The translations under genes and the position numbers were made by a program. From a virus: a stretch of 32,900 bases of DNA. Shown here piece by piece: positions 26,059-32,900 of this stretch (the stretch's first letter is position 1; each line of letters starts with the position of its first letter). The stretch lies in IMG/VR virus record IMGVR_UViG_3300014203_000008, positions 1-32,900 of that record; one strand, given 5' to 3'. The notes under the pieces are model-generated. The model worked only from the letters and a program-made list of their open reading frames with translations, had not been told where the DNA came from and did not search any database.

Positions 26059-26324
26059 TCTTTTTCTCCATCAAGTTCTTCGTTTAACTTGTTTAATATT
26101 ACGATCCCATTTATATCTGTTAATTCTTCAAACCATGCGCCAGTGAAAAATTGTTCGCAATCCTCTTTCAGCCATTTTGCTTTTTGATTACGCTTATTCT
26201 TCCTTAATATCTTTCTAGCTTTTCTGTAATCTTTAACTGCCTGTAAAATTATCGCATTCTTAAATTGCTCGTATGGTTCTACTGGCATTCTTTCTTCGAT
26301 TTCGTGTAGTTCACATCTTCTCAT
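26055..26324 (-). CDS. Hypothetical protein (89 aa).
   Basis: ORF track. RBS AAGGAGAGAAC. Confidence 0.55.
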   Translation of the reverse strand: MRRCELHEIEERMPVEPYEQFKNAIILQAVKDYRKARKILRKNKRNQKAKWLKEDCEQFFTGAWFEELTDINGIVILNKLNEELDGEKE

Positions 26325-26366
26325 GTTCTCTCCTTAGTATACTATATTTACGTTGATTGTTCAAGT

Positions 26367-26582
26367 TTATTCCTTGTATTCCATTATGATTTTTACATAT
26401 TCGCCAAAATGGTTTGATTCAAGACTTTCGCAATCAATATTAAATTCATTATTTTCATAACTAATTGGACAATCTAAACATCTAACCCCATCACAACAAT
26501 CAGACGTTCTTCCTAAACTGTTTAGCATTTCCTCTCTCTTCTCGTGCAATTCTTTTGCGGTTACATTATCATATTTTCCCAT
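26367..26582 (-). CDS. Hypothetical Cys-rich protein (71 aa).
   Basis: ORF track. SDCCDGVRCLDCP...DC. Confidence 0.5.
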   Translation of the reverse strand: MGKYDNVTAKELHEKREEMLNSLGRTSDCCDGVRCLDCPISYENNEFNIDCESLESNHFGEYVKIIMEYKE

Positions 26583-26591
26583 TTACTTTTC

Positions 26592-26834
26592 CTACCTTTC
26601 AAAATGAGTTACGTTTTTATTATATTCTTTTGCAAATTCTTTATTGATGATACTTACACATTCGTTTTCAACTGATATTACATCGTAATCTTTTAAAATT
26701 AAATTACAAATATCATTTTCTGTCATTTCTGCTATTTCTTCGATTGTCGTTAATTTTTTTTCAACGGCAAATCTTCTTGCACTTCTAATCATTCCGTCAT
26801 ATCCCAAACAATTTCTTAATTCATTTCCGTCCAT
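26592..26834 (-). CDS. Hypothetical protein (80 aa).
   Basis: ORF track. Confidence 0.5.
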   Translation of the reverse strand: MDGNELRNCLGYDGMIRSARRFAVEKKLTTIEEIAEMTENDICNLILKDYDVISVENECVSIINKEFAKEYNKNVTHFER

Positions 26835-27068
26835 TTACTTTTCCTCCATTTTCGCCACTGCTATTTTGTTTTCACTGTTTCTATCTGCTACTACCCTTAA
26901 GCCTACTAAATGTGACACAATATTATCTCCTAAAGTTCCAAATGCGTGTGTTTTTGCTTGCGTGTATAGATTTTCTGATAATACTACGATGTTTGGCTGC
27001 GTTTTGTTTATATGTGTATAATTATACTTTTCTTGTATAATCTGTTCGATAATTTGTTTACCAGTCAT
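26835..27068 (-). CDS. Hypothetical protein (77 aa).
   Basis: ORF track. RBS AAAGGAGGAATT. Confidence 0.55.
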   Translation of the reverse strand: MTGKQIIEQIIQEKYNYTHINKTQPNIVVLSENLYTQAKTHAFGTLGDNIVSHLVGLRVVADRNSENKIAVAKMEEK

Positions 27069-27120
27069 AATTCCTCCTTTGATAATTTTTTATATCTACT
27101 TCGGTTCATTTATTCTCCTT

Positions 27121-27753
27121 TTAACCCCATAATAGTTTTGCAATTTCCACTTTCTTTTTTAAATCATTTACATCTTTTTTAGCATATGTTAAAGAGTACG
27201 AATGTTCTTTTTCAATTGTTCCGTTTTTTAATCCTGCGTGGTACGCTATTGCCTTTTCAAGCTTATATTGGAAATATTCTTCACTTTCAGGCATTGCAAG
27301 CGTTATATCTTTTGCTCTGCTTTCCCAATATTCAGCCTTGCGCGCTTGCTCTTCTGCTTTGTTGTAATATTCCATTGATTTTTCCATTCGGTTGTTGTTT
27401 CGCTCAATCAATGCTCTGTGTTTGTGTTCGCTGTGATGACCTACTTTTATCGGTTCTGCTAATGATAAAAATTCTCTTCCTTCTTGCGCTGCGTTCATTC
27501 TTTCGTTGCTTTTATTAGTGCTATTAATACTTGCGTTTCTGTATTTTTCTGCTTTACGTTCTGCGTATGTCTTATCCTCAATTCTTGTGATTGAATAATA
27601 AAACTTTTCATTTTTTTCTAAGATAAAGTTGTATACTTTGCAATCTACTTTTTTCCCATATTTCGTTTCTAATTGGATAATATCTCCTTTTTCGTATTCT
27701 TCTTCACATTCTGCTACCCAAACATTAGGACAGTATTTTCTAAAAACATTCAT
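27121..27753 (-). CDS. DUF3560-like protein.
   Basis: EPIKVGHHSEHKHRALIERNNNRMEKSMEYYNKAEEQARKAEYWESRA matches the (I/L)-x-VGHHSE-x-x-(H/R)-R core remembered for DUF3560. Confidence 0.5.
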   Translation of the reverse strand: MNVFRKYCPNVWVAECEEEYEKGDIIQLETKYGKKVDCKVYNFILEKNEKFYYSITRIEDKTYAERKAEKYRNASINSTNKSNERMNAAQEGREFLSLAEPIKVGHHSEHKHRALIERNNNRMEKSMEYYNKAEEQARKAEYWESRAKDITLAMPESEEYFQYKLEKAIAYHAGLKNGTIEKEHSYSLTYAKKDVNDLKKKVEIAKLLWG

Positions 27754-28173
27754 TTATTTCCTCCTCGTCAATTTCTCCATATTTTCATAGTTTATATTTC
27801 CATTGCTAGTTTCCAAAATCTGCATATCTTTTCGGATTCGATACCCTTCAATTTCGATGTCGTATGTTTCAAATTCTTCTATTCGTTTCAAAACTGTGCC
27901 GATCGGATATTTTATAAGCATTTTAAATATTCTTTGTTTAAACCATCGTCCGTTTTGCTTGTGTGTCTGTGGCTTTGATTCTCGTCCTGTAAGGTAATCT
28001 AGGCTTACGTTTAATGTATCGGCTAGAATAATCAATTCCCTTGTGTTAGGAAGCGTTTTACCACTGATGTATGATGATATTGTGGTGTTCGATATTTCGG
28101 TTATTTCTGCGAAAGTGCTTTGCAATATCTTTTTGTTGTCCAGTTCTTGTTTTAGTATATCTTTAAATTCCAT
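27754..28173 (-). CDS. XRE-family HTH protein with a C-terminal domain of unknown function.
   Basis: LQSTFAEITEISNTTISSYISGKTLPNTRELIILADTLNVSLDYLTGRE. Confidence 0.65.
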   Translation of the reverse strand: MEFKDILKQELDNKKILQSTFAEITEISNTTISSYISGKTLPNTRELIILADTLNVSLDYLTGRESKPQTHKQNGRWFKQRIFKMLIKYPIGTVLKRIEEFETYDIEIEGYRIRKDMQILETSNGNINYENMEKLTRRK

Positions 28174-28598
28174 TAGTTCACGCTTTCATGGATATTTCCG
28201 ATTACTTCAAAGTCCATTTCGCTTAAACTTTCTAAACTATATATATCCTCATAACAGTCAATATTTATTGCTACGAATTGGAATAGTTCTTCTAAGTACT
28301 CGATCTTAAATCTGTAAGTTCCAAAAGTGAAATGTATTTCAATGAAATCTCCCCCATAAACTTCGACTTCATTTTTATCTTTTGTTCCTGTATATTGTTC
28401 AATAATTACTTCATCGATTTCTCTGTGCAAAATAATATCTTTTTGCTGGATAATATCAAACCCCCAACAATTGACAACCTTGGGTAAATTACTTTTATCA
28501 AAATCAAAACTTTCTCTTTTATTATGAAAACTAATACTTGAAACTTCACGAATTTTTTTTGTTTTTTTATCCCAAACTCTAAATTTAATATCTCTCAT
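28173..28598 (-). CDS. YopX-family protein.
   Basis: IKFRVWDKKTKKI... and QYTGTKDKNEVEVYGGDFIE motifs. Confidence 0.7.
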   Translation of the reverse strand: MRDIKFRVWDKKTKKIREVSSISFHNKRESFDFDKSNLPKVVNCWGFDIIQQKDIILHREIDEVIIEQYTGTKDKNEVEVYGGDFIEIHFTFGTYRFKIEYLEELFQFVAINIDCYEDIYSLESLSEMDFEVIGNIHESVN

Positions 28599-28609
28599 TT
28601 TCCCTCTCC

Positions 28610-28924
28610 TTATCTTCTCATGTCAAACATATCGTGATAATATATTTGCATGACTCTCTTCTTTGCTTTTTCAAGTTCTAATCTTGCGCCTTTGCTATCT
28701 TCCCAACCTCGCATCATGTAAATTGAATCAGCCATTGTTAATACTTCTAGGCATATGTGCATATATTCCTCGTGAGTCGTCCATTTCGGCATTCTGGAGC
28801 ATATCTTGGCTGGGTTGTATACTTTGTAGCCTAATAGTTTTAATTTTGCCGATACAAGCATAAAATGGATTCTGTAAAACTTTGATTCGGTTATTTTACC
28901 ACTGATGTATATGGTTTCTTTCAT
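28610..28924 (-). CDS. DUF4406-like (nucleoside 2-deoxyribosyltransferase-like fold) protein.
   Basis: IYISGKIT...GYKVYNPA...W..EEYMHICLEVLTMADSIYMMRGWEDSKGARLELEKA. Confidence 0.5.
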   Translation of the reverse strand: MKETIYISGKITESKFYRIHFMLVSAKLKLLGYKVYNPAKICSRMPKWTTHEEYMHICLEVLTMADSIYMMRGWEDSKGARLELEKAKKRVMQIYYHDMFDMRR

Positions 28925-28925
28925 G

Positions 28926-29276
28926 CTATCCTCTTTCTAATTTTAAATTTAACTGCTCAATCTCGGCTTTGAGTTTTGAGTTTTCTTGAATAAACTCATT
29001 CTCTATTTTCTTAAATCTAGAAATCCATTCTCTTTCATTTTTTAAATCTTCTTTTATTCTTTCTATTTCTTTGTTTCTATCCAGTAATTCTATTCTTGTG
29101 TTGTTTCTCCATTCTCTTTCGCTTTTTAATTCGCCTTTTAGTTTGGTGTTTTCTTGAATTGAATCTAATATATGTTTTTTTGTTAATTCAAAATTATAAG
29201 ATTCAACACTGTTATCCCAAAACATTTTTTCATCAAATAATTCATTTACTTTCTTAGCTGCTTCTTCATTCGTCAT
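28926..29276 (-). CDS. Coiled-coil protein with an internal duplication (116 aa).
   Basis: QENTKLKGELKSEREW ... NEREW ... QENSKLKAEIEQL. Confidence 0.55.
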   Translation of the reverse strand: MTNEEAAKKVNELFDEKMFWDNSVESYNFELTKKHILDSIQENTKLKGELKSEREWRNNTRIELLDRNKEIERIKEDLKNEREWISRFKKIENEFIQENSKLKAEIEQLNLKLERG

Positions 29277-29330
29277 TTATTCTTCCTCGCTTTCTAAAGT
29301 TCTACCGCAAATATGAACTTTGCGGATATT

Positions 29331-29540
29331 TTATTGTTTTTCCATTCTTTCAAAGAAGCTTGTCCTTTGTTCTTTTTTTAATGTTCCTAATCCTATAAGT
29401 TGACAATATAATTTTTCTGCTTCTTCTCCTGATACCGATTGCAATGGTTCTACTGTTTTACCTGTTACCCTTGCTACTGTTAAACAAGTCATGTCTTTCT
29501 TTCCTGAATAGTCAAATCCAATAGTTAAGCAGTCTGTCAT
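29331..29540 (-). CDS. Hypothetical protein (69 aa).
   Basis: ORF track. Its ATG overlaps the stop of the upstream gene. Confidence 0.55.
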   Translation of the reverse strand: MTDCLTIGFDYSGKKDMTCLTVARVTGKTVEPLQSVSGEEAEKLYCQLIGLGTLKKEQRTSFFERMEKQ

Positions 29541-29743
29541 TATTCTCCCTCGCTTTCTAAAAAGTCGTTTACTTCTAACGCTAGTACTTTGCAGAGTTTA
29601 ATAAAGTTATTGAATCCAGGTTCTGCTTGGTCGTTTTCCCACCTAATTATTTGATGTCTGTAAACCCCTACTAGTTCTGCTAGTTTCTCTTGTGAATATC
29701 CTATATTTTTTCTTCTCGATTTAATTAAACTTCCTAATTTCAT
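29540..29743 (-). CDS. Cro/CI-type XRE HTH regulator (67 aa).
   Basis: IKSRRKNIGYSQEKLAELVGVYRHQIIRWENDQAEP. First gene after a consensus promoter. Confidence 0.8.
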   Translation of the reverse strand: MKLGSLIKSRRKNIGYSQEKLAELVGVYRHQIIRWENDQAEPGFNNFIKLCKVLALEVNDFLESEGE

Positions 29744-29768
29744 TTATATTACCTACCTTTCAAGTAAC

Positions 29769-29797
29769 ATTATATCACTGTTGTAACTAGATAGCAA
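29769..29797 (-). promoter_or_regulatory. Early promoter TTGCTA-17-TATAAT.
   Basis: Reverse complement TTGCTAtctagttacaacagtgaTATAAT. Confidence 0.6.
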
Positions 29798-29804
29798 CAC
29801 TTAG

Positions 29805-29820
29805 ATTGTACTTTTATTGT
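29805..29820. promoter_or_regulatory. Second copy of the operator-like 16-mer ATTGTACTTTTATTGT, 7 nt upstream of the -35.
   Basis: Exact match to 955..970 with the same spacing to the -35. Confidence 0.5.
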
Positions 29821-29829
29821 TTTTTTTGT

Positions 29830-29852
29830 AAAAAGGTAGCCTTGCGACCACC
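29830..29852 (-). terminator. Rho-independent terminator with a GNRA loop, after the methyltransferase gene.
   Basis: Minus RNA GGUGGUC-GCAA-GGCUACC followed by UUUUU. A-run and T-run flanks could make it bidirectional. Confidence 0.65.
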
Positions 29853-29877
29853 TCTTTTTTAGTTCCATGTTACCCTC

Positions 29878-30720
29878 CTATAAAAAATCTGCAATTGTCA
29901 TTTGTGGATCTTCTTTGAAAACAAGCATTTCTTCTATTGCACTTTTATAAAAATCTTTTTTTATTTCAAAACCATAACTATTTCTTTTCAGTTCCATACA
30001 AGCCCTTAGTGTACTTCCGCTTCCTGCACATGGATCAATTACAACGTCTCCCTCATCAGTAAATATCTCTATTAGTGTTTTTAATACATTTACTGGTTTC
30101 TGTGTTGGGTGAATTTTAGGATATTCTTTTTTACTGTCTCTCTCCCATTTTATCCAATTAAAAACCATATGTCCTGTTCCTGCTATTTTTTTACCTTTCT
30201 CGTCTTTTTTGCATCCGTTATTAAATTTTGGAAGTTTATCACGATATAATACAACAGCGTGCTCTGTTGCTCCAACTATTTTCATGTTTGCTTTTAACAC
30301 TTGTGATGAATAGTTTTTGATAAAAAACAAAGGGTATGCATTATTAAATCCGTATTTTTTACCATATTCGATTACCATTTGCATTTGTTCAAAAGCACAA
30401 AAAACTATCATTGCTGGTGCTTTCCCCTTTTCTTTTGGTTCTTTCTTTAGTAGCCTACTACAAAAGTGCATATATTCTGCAATCCTAAAATCATTATCCG
30501 TATCAAAAAACGCTTTTCCAGCTTTATCGCTTTCTCCGTTTTTATTATCTCCGTCTATATACCATTGGTTACTACTTGCGTATGCGTTAATTCCTAAATT
30601 ATAAGGTATATCAGCAATAACTAGTTGTGCTTTTGGTATACCGTATTTTTTAAAGTTTTGGAAATGATCATTATATAATTCTGTCTTAATTTTTTTTTTA
30701 TAATTATATTCTTCTCCCAT
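29878..30720 (-). CDS. Beta-class N6A/N4C DNA methyltransferase (N6_N4_Mtase-like). Orphan: no cognate nuclease is present.
   Basis: Motif IV-like ADIPYNLG precedes motif I VVIDPCAGSGST, which is the beta-class order. Confidence 0.85.
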   Translation of the reverse strand: MGEEYNYKKKIKTELYNDHFQNFKKYGIPKAQLVIADIPYNLGINAYASSNQWYIDGDNKNGESDKAGKAFFDTDNDFRIAEYMHFCSRLLKKEPKEKGKAPAMIVFCAFEQMQMVIEYGKKYGFNNAYPLFFIKNYSSQVLKANMKIVGATEHAVVLYRDKLPKFNNGCKKDEKGKKIAGTGHMVFNWIKWERDSKKEYPKIHPTQKPVNVLKTLIEIFTDEGDVVIDPCAGSGSTLRACMELKRNSYGFEIKKDFYKSAIEEMLVFKEDPQMTIADFL

Positions 30721-30721
30721 T

Positions 30722-31324
30722 TTACTCTCCCAACAATTCTTTTTCTAATTTATCAATATCAATTTTTCTTTGCTCAAATTTATTAAATGGATCTTCTTTC
30801 TGCTCTATTGCTTTATCGTTTAATATTAAGTTTTTCACTTTTACTGGAAGTTTCCCAAACTCCTTTTTTCTCTTACAAGCGTTTGCATATGCTTCTGTAA
30901 ACATTCTTCTAACAGAGCCTTCCACTATTTTTGTTTCTGTTCGCCCCCACATAATAAGTTGACTTGGGCTTCTCACAACTTCTTTTACTTCTTCTGGGAA
31001 ATCGTCAAAACTTTCTCTTGCGTGGTTACTATTTCTAATTGCTTTACTTACTAAATCCCATGCCTCTGGTTCGCTAATTTGCTTGAATTCTGCCACCGTT
31101 CCTAGTTTGTCTATGATTTCTCCAACTGTCGGAGCGAAACCACTATTATTGCATTTTACTGCAATTTGAAGTGCTGTTTTGATATCTTCGTTATCATATT
31201 CTGCAAGAAACATATACCACGAATCGACCGTAACTGATTTTTCGGCTTGCGATAGTTTACTGAAACTTAGTGGGTAGAGTGTAAATAATCTTGTGAGTAA
31301 TGTTTGTACTTCTTCTCTTTTCAT
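30722..31324 (-). CDS. Possible G39P-like helicase loader.
   Basis: N-terminus ...LLTRLFTLYPLSF...VDSWYMFLAEYDNEDIKTALQIAVKCNNSGFAPTVGEII resembles loader/inhibitor of G40P-type proteins. Located in the replication module. Confidence 0.4.
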   Translation of the reverse strand: MKREEVQTLLTRLFTLYPLSFSKLSQAEKSVTVDSWYMFLAEYDNEDIKTALQIAVKCNNSGFAPTVGEIIDKLGTVAEFKQISEPEAWDLVSKAIRNSNHARESFDDFPEEVKEVVRSPSQLIMWGRTETKIVEGSVRRMFTEAYANACKRKKEFGKLPVKVKNLILNDKAIEQKEDPFNKFEQRKIDIDKLEKELLGE

Positions 31325-31551
31325 TTATTCTCCTCGAATTCTATCGAAACCATATTAAACATTCTTATTCTTCTGTTATCCGAAAAAACATCTACAAAAT
31401 GTTTATCTCCATCTCCATTAGGTTCATGATAGAGAATTTTATCAATTCCTTTTTTCCCCAAAACTATAAATGGCGTATTAAATATTGTATTGTCTGCAAA
31501 AAGAGCACTTATAATTTCTTTATCGCAAACTTCTCCTAACCCTACATTCAT
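31321..31551 (-). CDS. Hypothetical protein (76 aa).
   Basis: The internal ATG at 31551 has RBS AAAAGGAGAGAGT. The longer track ORF would overlap the upstream gene by 82 nt. Confidence 0.5.
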   Translation of the reverse strand: MNVGLGEVCDKEIISALFADNTIFNTPFIVLGKKGIDKILYHEPNGDGDKHFVDVFSDNRRIRMFNMVSIEFEENK

Positions 31552-31562
31552 ACTCTCTCCTT

Positions 31563-32249
31563 TTAAGAATCCATAAACCCCACGGACTTGGATTCTGTTT
31601 GCTTGTTGTAGTTTCCATTTCTTTCTACTGCACTCACTACCCATTTCTTAATTGCCATATAATGACTTTTTGCTTTGTAACCTTTCATCTCAATATATTC
31701 GTCAAGATAGGTTATCAATTCATCAGCATTTTTGTAAGTGTTTTTTAATTTGATTAATTCGTTATCAGTTAACAATACATGTTTAAATTCGCCGAACTTA
31801 TGTTTGGTTGGCGTATCTTTTTTTACATTCTTAACATTATTATCATTCTTTACATTCTTGTTAGTGTTCACTTGTTGTTCACTCGTTGTCCACTCGTTGT
31901 TCACTTGTTGTTCAGTTTGTTGTTCGCAGTGTTGGTACTTTTCCCAATTGAGTATTGAAATTAGGCGGTTTTGGTTGCTTGTTTGTTGTTCAATCTGTTG
32001 TTCACTTTCTAGGTCTTTTAGTATTCTTTGTACTTTGCTTTCCGATATTTTTAGTTTAGCACTGATACTTTTTCTTCCTGTTAGCAGTTCGCCCGGTTTT
32101 AAACTTACCTTTTTGCCTTTGAATAAAACATCATATTCTTTGTGAGTTGCGTTCAATAAGAGATACACCCAAATGGAAAAATAGTCACTGTCTTTGCAAG
32201 CGATCGGATTTTCTAAAATCTTTCTATGCAGCTTGATATATCCCTCCAC
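31563..32249 (-). CDS. Phage replisome organizer: winged-helix N-terminal domain plus a conserved phage C-terminal domain.
   Basis: MEGYIKLHRKILENPI...DYFSIWVYLLLNATHKE...GELLTGRKSISAKLKISESKVQRILKDLE. The C-terminus contains EFKHVLLTDNELIKLK...YLDEYIEMKGYKAKSHYMAIKKW. Confidence 0.7.
   Translation of the reverse strand: MEGYIKLHRKILENPIACKDSDYFSIWVYLLLNATHKEYDVLFKGKKVSLKPGELLTGRKSISAKLKISESKVQRILKDLESEQQIEQQTSNQNRLISILNWEKYQHCEQQTEQQVNNEWTTSEQQVNTNKNVKNDNNVKNVKKDTPTKHKFGEFKHVLLTDNELIKLKNTYKNADELITYLDEYIEMKGYKAKSHYMAIKKWVVSAVERNGNYNKQTESKSVGFMDS
31866..31927. repeat. Tandem 11-bp iterons GTTCACTYGTT (5 to 6 copies) inside the organizer gene; candidate origin of replication.
   Basis: gttcacttgtt gttcactcgtt gtccactcgtt gttcacttgtt gttcagtttgtt gttcgc. 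Related TGTTGTTCA copies lie at 31983..32006, and TTTACATTCTT occurs twice at 31823..31860. Confidence 0.6.
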
Positions 32250-32251
32250 GC

Positions 32252-32425
32252 TTATTCCTCCTCTGTTAATATTTCAAATCTTGTCAATGTTTTTCTGCTA
32301 GGTTCTCTTTTCCCGGTTTCCAACAAACAGATCATTTCTTTTGACAATCCAATAATTGCGCCCATTTGCGTTTGTGTAAATTTTCTTGATACTCTGTAAC
32401 GATATAATTTTTCTTTAAATTCCAT
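32252..32425 (-). CDS. Small XRE-type HTH regulator (57 aa).
   Basis: The internal ATG at 32425 has RBS GAAAGGAGGTTT. Sequence MEFKEKLYRYRVSRKFTQTQMGAIIGLSKEMICLLETGKREPS. The longer track ORF runs through the promoter. Confidence 0.65.
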   Translation of the reverse strand: MEFKEKLYRYRVSRKFTQTQMGAIIGLSKEMICLLETGKREPSRKTLTRFEILTEEE

Positions 32426-32449
32426 GAAGCAAACCTCCTTTCTGTAAAT

Positions 32450-32478
32450 ATAATAACATCTATTTAAAATATTGTCAA
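32450..32478 (-). promoter_or_regulatory. Promoter TTGACA-17-TATTAT for the replication operon.
   Basis: Reverse complement TTGACAatattttaaatagatgtTATTAT. Confidence 0.55.
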
Positions 32479-32502
32479 CTAGTTTAAATGAAAATAAACA
32501 AT

Positions 32503-32523
32503 AAAAAACGTTGCGTAGGCAAC
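32503..32523 (-). terminator. Rho-independent terminator, the second of a tandem pair.
   Basis: Minus RNA GUUGC-CUAC-GCAAC-G-UUUUUU. Confidence 0.6.
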
Positions 32524-32549
32524 AAAAAAGAACGCCATTTCTGACGCTC
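32524..32549 (-). terminator. Rho-independent terminator, a copy of the one at 985..1009.
   Basis: The same GAGCGUC-AGAAAU-GGCGUUC hairpin followed by UUUUUU, 7 nt after the stop at 32556. Confidence 0.6.
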
Positions 32550-32555
32550 TTCTCA

Positions 32556-32720
32556 TTAAATTCCCTCCTTTTTAATTCGTTCAAATTCTTCTGTTGATAT
32601 TCTGTACTGTATGCCAAATTTTGTTGACTTGATTAGTCCTGCTCTTGTCTTTCTTCTTACTGAATCTTCTGATAGCAATAAGATTTCTGCTACTTCTTTT
32701 AATGTGTAAAATTCTTTCAT
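32556..32720 (-). CDS. Excisionase/MerR-type (HTH_17-like) small DNA-binding protein, 54 aa.
   Basis: Manual translation MKEFYTLKEVAEILLLSEDSVRRKTRAGLIKSTKFGIQYRISTEEFERIKKEGI. RBS AAAGGAGTTAAATTT. ATGA overlap with the upstream gene. Below the track size cut-off. Confidence 0.7.
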   Translation of the reverse strand: MKEFYTLKEVAEILLLSEDSVRRKTRAGLIKSTKFGIQYRISTEEFERIKKEGI

Positions 32721-32900
32721 AAATTTAACTCCTTTTTTAGGTTTTTAATAACGTGACCGTTATAACTGTTTTCGGTCAATTCAATAAATGTTTTTACCGT
32801 CATAGTATCTTTGTCAACATTAATTTCATGGTCCTTTGCAAAAGACTTTCTTCCCATTTCACACGAGCCTGTTAATATATGATGCCACGAGAAGAACTCG
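32717..32900 (-). CDS. C-terminal end of the junction-spanning Gly/Ser/Tyr-tract protein. It is the same gene as 1..593, and 32778..32900 duplicates 1..123.
   Basis: Frame continuity was checked codon by codon across the overlap. The protein ends ...IELTENSYNGHVIKNLKKELNL with a TGA at 32719..32717. Confidence 0.75.
   Translation of the reverse strand, partial: EFFSWHHILTGSCEMGRKSFAKDHEINVDKDTMTVKTFIELTENSYNGHVIKNLKKELNL
32778..32900. repeat. Terminal direct repeat, copy B (identical to 1..123).
   Basis: Same 123 nt string as the window start. Confidence 0.95.

Noticed and set aside
27065-27109. 14-codon mini-ORF MNRSRYKKLSKEEL with a good RBS, overlapping the next start codon.
   Set aside because: It is too short to support as a gene from sequence alone. 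It may simply be spacer sequence that includes the RBS of the downstream gene. It could be a coupling leader peptide, but there is no evidence.
31552-31644. N-terminal 31-aa extension of the 107-aa ORF.
   Set aside because: It would overlap the replisome-organizer gene by 82 nt. The internal ATG at 31551 has a proper RBS just after the organizer stop.
32426-32617. N-terminal extension of the 121-aa ORF upstream of the small XRE regulator.
   Set aside because: The extension reads through two terminators and a TTGACA-17-TATTAT promoter. The ATG at 32425 has a consensus RBS.

Overview
The window is one complete, circularly closed copy of an AT-rich tailed (siphovirus-like) dsDNA phage genome of 32,777 bp. 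Bases 1..123 are identical to 32778..32900, so the two ends overlap. Every credible gene lies on the minus strand; the plus-strand ORFs in the track look like antisense shadows.

Reading in the direction of transcription (high to low coordinates):
- An XRE regulator and replication module: replisome organizer with embedded iterons, a G39P-like loader and an orphan DNA methyltransferase.
- A Cro-like early operon of many small ORFs, including YopX, DUF4406-like, DUF3560-like and HTH proteins.
- The packaging and head module: TerL, portal, MuF-like protein, a tRNA, scaffold and capsid.
- Neck, tail, tape measure and distal tail or fibre genes.
- A lysis cassette: XhlA-like protein, holin, bifunctional endolysin and a stand-alone LysM peptide.
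- A separately promoted accessory module encoding small membrane proteins and a membrane-anchored SleB-like hydrolase.
- A recombination module: RHH regulator, Rad52-like annealase, DUF1351-like, NinB-like, HNH-like, RusA and SSB proteins.
- An HTH plus metallophosphoesterase pair.
- A terminator-bounded three-gene cassette that spans the window junction.

I saw no integrase, reverse transcriptase, CRISPR array or rRNA. The gene content (SleB-type hydrolase, GH73 plus Amidase_3 endolysin, Dp-1-type holin) suggests a low-GC Firmicute host, possibly a spore former.

The best candidates for something new are:
- the junction-spanning cassette, whose central protein carries a [G/S]Y[G/S] low-complexity tract written as a hexanucleotide microsatellite;
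- a tRNA(UAU)-like gene embedded in a structured, repeat-rich leader of the head operon;
- a shared YCGEFYCGE(W/Y)GLI C-terminal tag on two adjacent tail proteins;
- the post-lysis membrane and SleB-like module, driven by duplicated palindrome-containing promoters.

All functional calls rest on motif recognition by eye. No database search was run.
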